Part shown: positions 57,356 to 64,000 of the stretch, piece after piece
Layout: each line of letters opens with the position of its first letter
How positions within the stretch are numbered: the first letter of the stretch is position 1
NCBI GenBank assembly: GCA_945872795.1
Contig: CAMCAZ010000013.1
Location: forward strand, 915-64,914
Source of the DNA: Chryseobacterium gleum
GTDB lineage: Bacteria; Bacteroidota; Bacteroidia; Flavobacteriales_F; PHOS-HE28
Reading direction: 5' to 3'
DNA: 64,000 bases
Notes under the pieces: model-generated
Databases searched by the model: none
Seen by the model: only the letters and a program-made list of their open reading frames with translations
Told to the model about the DNA's origin: nothing
Translations under genes and position numbers: made by a program

Positions 57356-60300
57356 ACGGCCTCCACTGCGCTGCGCTGAAGCGCTTTGTCGATGCAGGTG
57401 CCGAGCACCTTCACCAGCTCTTTCACATGGGGCTCCTTGATCATGCTGTAGTGGTCACCGGGCAGCACGAAGCGGTGCAGCGGTCCATGCGCCAGAGCGC
57501 CCCAGCCCATGTCCTCGGTTCCCCACGCATCCTTGGCCTTGAACACCGTGAGCGGGCCCTCCATCGGCTTGGGCCGGTAGGCCATCACCGCGCGGTCGTA
57601 AGTGTCGATGATATGGAAGTGGCGGAGCCTCGGGGAAAGGACCTTGCCGCGTGCCAGGTCACGCTTGATGAGCTGACGGTACAGCGCGGTCTTCACGGGT
57701 TCGTAGAATTTGCGGTCGCTGGCCACGGCCGCTGCATGTTCGCGAGGGGCATAGGTGTCGAACAGCACCAGCATGGGTAAGTCCTCGCCGGCAGCGCGCA
57801 ACTGTTGCGCCATCTCGTAGGCCACGATGCCGCCGAAGGAATAGCCGCAGAGCAGGTAGGGACCCTGTGGCCGCGCTCCCTTCATCTCCTGGATGAAATG
57901 GCTGGCGATGGATTCCACCGTGGTGTACCGGATGGGCTGCCCGTCCTCACCCTGGTGGAAGAACGCGAAAAAGGGTTGGTCGGTCCCGAGGTAACGGGGG
58001 ATGAAGTGGTTCGCTTCGTCGCCATGCACACAGAACAGGGCGGGCCTTTCGCCCAGGGGCTGTATCGCAGCGAGGTTGTTCCATTTCGGGCTCACCCCTT
58101 CGGCCTTCAACGTTCGGGCGAATTCGGCGATGGTGGGGGCCTCGAACAATGCGCTCAGTGACAGGCTCCTTCCGAACTGCTGTTCCACCTGCCCCAGGAC
58201 CTGGATCCCGATCAGGGAATGCCCGCCGAGGTCGAAGAAGTTATCATGGATCCCCAGGCTGGGCACCTTCAGCGCGCCTGACCAGATCGCTGCCAGGTCG
58301 CGTTCGGTCTTGTCGCGCGGGGCCACGTGCTCGGCGCGCAGCAGCTGCTGGCGGAATTCAGGGGCGGGCAGGGCACGCCGGTCCACCTTGCCGTTGGGCG
58401 TCAGCGGAAGGTCGGCCAGTACCACGAAGGCACCTGGCATCATGTGGTCGGGCAGGTGCTCGCGAAGGTGCTCACGCACCCGTGCGATCAGCTCGGCCTG
58501 TTCATCCGGTGAACCGCTCGTCTCCGGAACGAGGTAGGCCACCAGCTGCTTTTCGCCGGGGACATCGTTCCGCACCATCACCACACGGTCCTTCACCTGG
58601 GTCACTTCGCTGATGGCGTTCTCGATCTCGCCCAGCTCCACGCGGAATCCACGGACCTTCACCTGTCCGTCGGCGCGGCCGATGAACTCGATACTGCCAT
58701 CAGGCAGCCAGCGCACCAGGTCGCCCGTGCGGTAAAGTTTGGCGCCAGGACGCCCGCTGAAGGGGTCATCGATGAAGCGCTCTGCCGTCAGCTCGTCCCG
58801 CTTCCAGTATCCAAGGGCCACGCCATCACCGCCGGCGTACAGTTCACCCTTGCGGCCGATGGCCACCGGACGCAGTTGCTCGTCCAGCACGTGCACCGTG
58901 GTGTTGTTCAGCGGGAAACCGATGGGGACACTGGCCTTCACCTGGGCCTCCTCGTTGATCGGGAAACAGCAGGTGAAGGTGGTGTTCTCGGTGGGGCCGT
59001 AGCCGTTTATCAGCACCTTGGGCCCAAGGGCCTTCAGCGCTTTCTTCACGTGCGGGACGCTCAGGACGTCACCACCCGTAAGGATGTGCTTCAAGCTCCG
59101 GAGCTTGTCGAGGTGTTCGTCCACCAGCAGGTTGAAGAGGCCCACCGTGAACCAGACCGTGGTCACCTTGTGCTTTCGGATGCTCTCGGTGATCTCCAGT
59201 AGCGTTGGTTTCAACTGCGGTTGCAGCACCAGCGTGCCTCCATTCAGCAAGGCTCCCCAGATCTCCAGGGTCGAGGCATCGAAGGAGATGTTGGAGAGCT
59301 GCAGGAAGGTAAGCTCCGGGCCGAAGGGCAGGAAGTTCTGTTCACGCACCAAGCGTACGATGGCGCGGTGGGGCACCACGACACCCTTCGGCGTGCCGGT
59401 GCTTCCACTGGTGTACATGATGTAGGCCGCAGCTTCGGGAGTGATGTCCGCTGCAGCAGTGACGGGCATGTGCTTCGGCAGCTCATCCATCAGGACCACT
59501 TGGGCGCTGCTGGGGGGTAGGGCTTCCAGCAGATGGCGCTCGGTCAGGAGCACCTTCACCGCGGTGTCGCTGAACATGAACGCCAGCCGGTCGGTGGGGT
59601 AGGCGGGATCAAAGGGGACGAAACAGCCACCACTGCGAAGGATCGCGAGCATCGCCGTGATCATGTCGAAACTGCGGTCCATGCACAGGCCCACGGGGTC
59701 GCCGGGTCTGATCCCCAGTTGGGTGAGGTGTCCGCTCAAGGCCGCCACCCGGTCGTTCAGTTCCCGGTAGGACAGGCTGCTTTCTCCGAGCACCAGCGCC
59801 TGTCGGTCGGCATGTTGGTCGGCCACCTCGTGGAACAGGCGGGCCACATCCACCTTGGGGTAGTTGGTGGCCGCCCCCGCCCATTTGGTGGGCGGAAATT
59901 CAGCATCATTGCTCAATGGTCCATCGCCCACCAGCTCGGCGATCGTGGCGTTCGGTGAGCGCGCGATGCGTTGGGCGAGCTCGGTCAGCTGCAGCATCCA
60001 CCCCCGCACGGTGGACTCCTCGAAGATGTCGGTGTTGTAGCTCCACTCCAGCACCAGGCCGTGTTCATTGCCGGTGGCGTTCAGGAACAGCTCGAAGTTC
60101 TCGAAGGCACGAGGGTTGCTGATGAACCGGTGGGCGATGCCTTCAAAGGCCACGCCATCGTCCATGTTCATGTCGATGTTGAAGACCACGGGCACCAAGG
60201 GGATCCGGCCTGGTTCACGGCTGACGTTCAGCTTGCGTAGCAGTGTCCCGAAGGTGTACTTCTGGTTGTCGAAGGCGTCCAGCACGGCCGTGCGGCGCTC

Positions 60301-61302
60301 CTTCAGATGCTCGCTGAAGCTGCGGTCCTCGTCGATCCTGCTGCGCAGGGCCAGGAGATTCACGCAATGCCCCACCAGATGCTTCATGTCCAGGTCGCTC
60401 TGTCCGGCGGCAGGCAGTCCCACCACCACGTCCGTGTTCCCGGTCAGCTTATGGAGCAGCAGCTCGAAGGTGGTCAACAGGGTGGTGACGAAGCTCGCAC
60501 CGGTGCGTGTGGCCACTTCCTTCAAGCCGCGGACGAGCTCGGGGCTCATCTCCAGGTCCAGGCGATGACCTCGGTAGGTCTTCTGGCGAGGACGTGGCCT
60601 GTCGGAAGGCAGGTCCATCCGTTGTACTGGACCTTTGAACAGGTCCAGCCAATACTGTTCGACCGTTTTGTGCTCAGGGCTCTTCGCGAAGTCGATCGTG
60701 GCCAGACTGTAATCGGCGAAGGACCAAGCGGCGGGAAGTTGCGGTTCAGTGCCCTTGATCAAAGCCGAATACAGCGCACTGATCTCGGCCATGATGATGC
60801 CCAGGCTCCAACCGTCGCACACGGCATGGTGGCCGGACAGGCGCAGCAGGTGGACCGTTGGCCCGGTGCGGATCAACTGCGTGCGGAACAAGGGCCCGTT
60901 GCGCAGGTCGAAGACGGTGTTCATGTCCGCCAAGGCCATCACGTTCAGCTGCTGCTGGCGTGCGGCTTCGTCCAGGCCGGATAGATCGGTGAAGGGCACA
61001 TCGATCGGGACCGAAGGGCTGGTGATCATGCGTGTGCCGCTGGGGCTCACGGTGGAGCGCAACGAGCCATGACGCTGCACCAGCTGTTGGATGGCGAGCT
61101 CCAGAGCCTTCCGGTCCAGGTCACCCGTCAGTTCCAAGGAAACACTTTCGTTATAGGCGCAGGAAGCTTCCTTGCCCATTTCGGAGGCTGTGAGTACTTC
61201 GCGCTGAGCTTCGGTGGTGGGGATGATCTGCTCGATCGCCGATCCAACGAAGGGGTCATGCTCCACGGGTACAAGCCGTGTTTCGGGAATGAATTTCTCC
61301 AT
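57352..61302 (-). CDS. NRPS termination module C-A-PCP-TE
   Basis: HHAVCDG, YTSGSTGTPKG, YGPTE, YRTGD, NGKVDR, FFDLGGHSL, GYSFGG. Confidence 0.97.
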   Translation of the reverse strand: MEKFIPETRLVPVEHDPFVGSAIEQIIPTTEAQREVLTASEMGKEASCAYNESVSLELTGDLDRKALELAIQQLVQRHGSLRSTVSPSGTRMITSPSVPIDVPFTDLSGLDEAARQQQLNVMALADMNTVFDLRNGPLFRTQLIRTGPTVHLLRLSGHHAVCDGWSLGIIMAEISALYSALIKGTEPQLPAAWSFADYSLATIDFAKSPEHKTVEQYWLDLFKGPVQRMDLPSDRPRPRQKTYRGHRLDLEMSPELVRGLKEVATRTGASFVTTLLTTFELLLHKLTGNTDVVVGLPAAGQSDLDMKHLVGHCVNLLALRSRIDEDRSFSEHLKERRTAVLDAFDNQKYTFGTLLRKLNVSREPGRIPLVPVVFNIDMNMDDGVAFEGIAHRFISNPRAFENFELFLNATGNEHGLVLEWSYNTDIFEESTVRGWMLQLTELAQRIARSPNATIAELVGDGPLSNDAEFPPTKWAGAATNYPKVDVARLFHEVADQHADRQALVLGESSLSYRELNDRVAALSGHLTQLGIRPGDPVGLCMDRSFDMITAMLAILRSGGCFVPFDPAYPTDRLAFMFSDTAVKVLLTERHLLEALPPSSAQVVLMDELPKHMPVTAAADITPEAAAYIMYTSGSTGTPKGVVVPHRAIVRLVREQNFLPFGPELTFLQLSNISFDASTLEIWGALLNGGTLVLQPQLKPTLLEITESIRKHKVTTVWFTVGLFNLLVDEHLDKLRSLKHILTGGDVLSVPHVKKALKALGPKVLINGYGPTENTTFTCCFPINEEAQVKASVPIGFPLNNTTVHVLDEQLRPVAIGRKGELYAGGDGVALGYWKRDELTAERFIDDPFSGRPGAKLYRTGDLVRWLPDGSIEFIGRADGQVKVRGFRVELGEIENAISEVTQVKDRVVMVRNDVPGEKQLVAYLVPETSGSPDEQAELIARVREHLREHLPDHMMPGAFVVLADLPLTPNGKVDRRALPAPEFRQQLLRAEHVAPRDKTERDLAAIWSGALKVPSLGIHDNFFDLGGHSLIGIQVLGQVEQQFGRSLSLSALFEAPTIAEFARTLKAEGVSPKWNNLAAIQPLGERPALFCVHGDEANHFIPRYLGTDQPFFAFFHQGEDGQPIRYTTVESIASHFIQEMKGARPQGPYLLCGYSFGGIVAYEMAQQLRAAGEDLPMLVLFDTYAPREHAAAVASDRKFYEPVKTALYRQLIKRDLARGKVLSPRLRHFHIIDTYDRAVMAYRPKPMEGPLTVFKAKDAWGTEDMGWGALAHGPLHRFVLPGDHYSMIKEPHVKELVKVLGTCIDKALQRSAVEAV

Positions 61303-61339
61303 CGGTGCGCCCGCTATCGGAAGGGTGTTAGGGCTACGC

Positions 61340-64000
61340 TCATTGTTCGTCGTTCTCGATCATCAGGTACTTGCCTTGCCGCTCGGGGTCTGGGACGAAC
61401 CATGCTGGTTCGCCCTTCGTCGTGCGGCCCAAGCGGGCACCGGGCAGGGGGGCTTCCAAGGCGCTCATCACGCGCTCGGACAACTTGCGCACCGAGCCTC
61501 CCAGCACGCTGTTCACGGTCTCGATCGGATAGGTGCGCTCCGGCATGAACCCGCTTTCACGAAGTTCCACACAGGTCTTTTCCACGGTGGCGATGATCTT
61601 CTCCACATCGGCAGCTGTATGTGCCGTGGTCAGGAAATGGGGGAAGTCCAGCACGTGCACGCCGTGGTAGCGCATCAGCATGAAGAAGAGCTCGGTGTAG
61701 TTGACGCCCTCGTCGTACTTCGTTTTGAATGCGCTGCCGAAGGTGACCCATCGGTAGGGGAGCTGGTATTTGTCAAAGAGGCCGTTCACGCGCTTCACCA
61801 TGTCGCCTGTCATGTCGTTCAGGCGCTCCTGCAGTGCAGGGCCATGCTCCTTCATGTGGACGAGCGCGGCCTTCGCGGCGGCCATCGTCAGGGGGTGTCG
61901 CACGAAGGTCCCGGCGAAGTAGGTGACTCCTGCAGGTGGCACGCTGTCATCACCGAACTGCCAATGCCCCCCGTCGAGGGCGTCCATCCATTCGCTCTTG
62001 CCGATCATGGCGCCGATGGGCATGCCACCGCCGATGACCTTGCCGTATGTGCCGATGTCCGCCTTGATGCCGAACAGCGCCTGAGCACCGTTGGGGTGCA
62101 TGCGGAAGCCGGTGATCACCTCATCGAAGATCAGCGCGGTACCATTCTCCTGCGTGATGCGGCGCACTTCGTGCAGGAAGTCCACCGGCCGGAACTCCAT
62201 GCGGCGGCTCTGCACGGGTTCCACCAGCACGGCCGCAGCCTCGTGGCAACGCTGCTTGATGATCTCCAGGCTTTCGGGCGTGCCGTAGTCCAGGATCAGC
62301 ATGTTCTCCACCTGCTCGGGCATGATGCCGGGCGCGCCCGGATAGCTCTTCTTGCTCTTGCTGCCCCGGATGATCACCTCGTCGTTGATGCCGTGGTAGC
62401 TGCCGCTGAAGGCGATGATCAAACTGCGACCGGTCACCGTGCGGGCCATGCGCATCGCTCCGAGCACCGCTTCTGAACCCGTGTTGCAGACGGCCGCACG
62501 TTCATGCCCGGTCAGTTCGCAGAGCAGCTTGGAAACATCGGCCGCCAAGGGATGCATGGGCCCGATCTCGATGCCCTGGTCCAGTTGCTTGTGGCAGGCA
62601 TCCTTGATGAAGTCGGGCATGTACCCGAACATCGAGGAACCGAAGCCGCTGAGGATGTCGATGTACTCGTTGCCGTCGATGTCCCACAGGTGACAACCCA
62701 CGCTCTTGTCCACCACCACCTGGTAGACGAGCTCCTTGGTCTGCGGTTTGAAGCCGGTGACCACGCGTGGGTCGGCCATCGGCTTGCGGTTCTCCTGCGT
62801 GAAGGCCTTGCTCTTCGCGGTCTTGGCGACGTAGCGCTTCACGAAGGCGTCGAACCACGCGCGCTGCTGCGGCGTCATGTCGTCCACCTTCTCTTTGCTG
62901 ATGCGGGCCTGAGCGCCGAATACCTTTTTCAGTTCGGGTGCGTCTTCAAGCGCATTGACGGCGGAGGCCCCTGCCCCTGCTCCTGCCCCTGCCCCTGCTC
63001 CTGCTCCTGCCCCTGCTCCTGAATTCGTCCAATGCGGCAGGATATGATCTGCCAGCTTGTCCAGGTTCGGCACCTCCTCGTTCAACTGTCGGAAGGAGAT
63101 CTTCACGCCGAATTTCTTCGAGAGCGAAGTGGCCACCTGGGTCAGGAACAAGGAGTCGAGGCCCATCTCCAGGAAGGTCTCCTCGGGATCGGCGTCGGCC
63201 AGTTCCAGTCCGGAGCTTTCCTCCAGCAGGTGCTTGATCTGCTTGATCAGCGCCTCCTTGGGCGAGAGATGCGCATCGCCGCTGTTCGGCACCGGCGCTT
63301 CGATCGTGGTGCTCGCGATGGCATGGCCACCGGCCGCGATCATCGACACCGGATCCACCCAGTGACGCACACGCTCGAAGGCATAGGTCGGCATCGGGAT
63401 GCGATGACGCTCTTCGTTCGCGTAGAACGCCTTCCAGTCGACCAGCACGCCGCTCTGCCACAAGCCACCAACGGCCTTCAGCAGTTGCGTGAGTTCGTTG
63501 CCGTTCCCAGCGGAATCGCCCAGCGAGGATACCGCTGCTTGTTTCTTGGTATCGCTGCTCTGTTGGCGCGCGAGCGTTGTAGCCGTTGTGCGAGGCCCGA
63601 CCTCAAGCATCACACGCGATCCCGCCATAGCCTTGGCGTCGGCGGGATCGGCGTCAGACCAGGCGAACCTCACGGCCTGTGCGAAACGCACCGTGGCCCG
63701 TAGGTGATCGCTCCAGTACTTCGATGAGGTTGCTTCCTCATCTTTCAGCCATTCAGCCGTCACCGTACTGATGATCGGGATGCGCGGCGCGCTCAGCTTC
63801 ACACTTTCCACTACCTTCCTGTAAGGGGCGACAATGGCCTCCATCATCGGGCTGTGGAAGGCGTGGCTGGTCACGAGCAGCTTGCAGGTGATGCCGTCCT
63901 TTTCCAGCTCGGCCTGCAGTTTCGCGATGGCTTCGTGCGGACCGCTGGCCACGCAGAGCTGCGGCCCGTTGTTCGCCGCGATGCTGCAACCGGCGGGCAG
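61340..64000 (-). CDS. Type I PKS, 3' part: AT - ACP - class III aminotransferase (starts beyond the right edge)
   Basis: AANNGP, VTSHAFHS (malonyl-type), VRF, LEVGP, MPTYAFER, MGLDSL, FDEVITGFR, TYGKVIGGG (PLP Lys), AGTF. Confidence 0.95.
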   Translation of the reverse strand: MPAGCSIAANNGPQLCVASGPHEAIAKLQAELEKDGITCKLLVTSHAFHSPMMEAIVAPYRKVVESVKLSAPRIPIISTVTAEWLKDEEATSSKYWSDHLRATVRFAQAVRFAWSDADPADAKAMAGSRVMLEVGPRTTATTLARQQSSDTKKQAAVSSLGDSAGNGNELTQLLKAVGGLWQSGVLVDWKAFYANEERHRIPMPTYAFERVRHWVDPVSMIAAGGHAIASTTIEAPVPNSGDAHLSPKEALIKQIKHLLEESSGLELADADPEETFLEMGLDSLFLTQVATSLSKKFGVKISFRQLNEEVPNLDKLADHILPHWTNSGAGAGAGAGAGAGAGAGASAVNALEDAPELKKVFGAQARISKEKVDDMTPQQRAWFDAFVKRYVAKTAKSKAFTQENRKPMADPRVVTGFKPQTKELVYQVVVDKSVGCHLWDIDGNEYIDILSGFGSSMFGYMPDFIKDACHKQLDQGIEIGPMHPLAADVSKLLCELTGHERAAVCNTGSEAVLGAMRMARTVTGRSLIIAFSGSYHGINDEVIIRGSKSKKSYPGAPGIMPEQVENMLILDYGTPESLEIIKQRCHEAAAVLVEPVQSRRMEFRPVDFLHEVRRITQENGTALIFDEVITGFRMHPNGAQALFGIKADIGTYGKVIGGGMPIGAMIGKSEWMDALDGGHWQFGDDSVPPAGVTYFAGTFVRHPLTMAAAKAALVHMKEHGPALQERLNDMTGDMVKRVNGLFDKYQLPYRWVTFGSAFKTKYDEGVNYTELFFMLMRYHGVHVLDFPHFLTTAHTAADVEKIIATVEKTCVELRESGFMPERTYPIETVNSVLGGSVRKLSERVMSALEAPLPGARLGRTTKGEPAWFVPDPERQGKYLMIENDEQ
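62967..63020. repeat. Hexamer tandem repeat encoding a (GA)n linker
   Basis: (GCYCCT)n between the ACP and aminotransferase domains. Confidence 0.85.

Overview
High-GC Bacteroidota chromosome segment, most likely Flavobacteriales. This is inferred from the gene content, the tgt-lptF, pyrE/NUDIX and coaD-rsmD-DUF3822 synteny, and TAnnTT(T/C)G promoter elements. From left to right: (i) the 5' part of a type I R-M hsdM with an unusual N-terminal extension, missed by the ORF track; (ii) a ~20 kb cell-envelope cluster (alpha-carbonic anhydrase, DcaP-like porin, several beta-barrels, MscS, DUF481, tripartite RND pump, K+ channel, AI-2E transporter, secreted proteins); (iii) a scarred accessory zone with a 1518-aa SF1 helicase-nuclease (candidate defence gene), a GIY-YIG-like gene, and remnants of hsp20 and kdpC; (iv) queD and class II nrdJ; (v) blh plus a DTE-type proteorhodopsin, divergent from fasciclin-DoxX-DoxX; (vi) an arsenic operon arsR-arsM-arsC-acr3 extended by a broken MFS-rhodanese fusion and DinB; (vii) housekeeping genes; (viii) the 3' end of a hybrid PKS(AT-ACP-aminotransferase)/NRPS(C-A-PCP-TE)/PPTase cluster. 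Intergenic DNA carries two MITE families with target-site duplications, a ~20-bp palindrome showing presence/absence between homologous copies, and 7-8-mer inverted tandem arrays. No rRNA, tRNA or CRISPR array was seen. All calls come from reading the sequence, with no database searches run.
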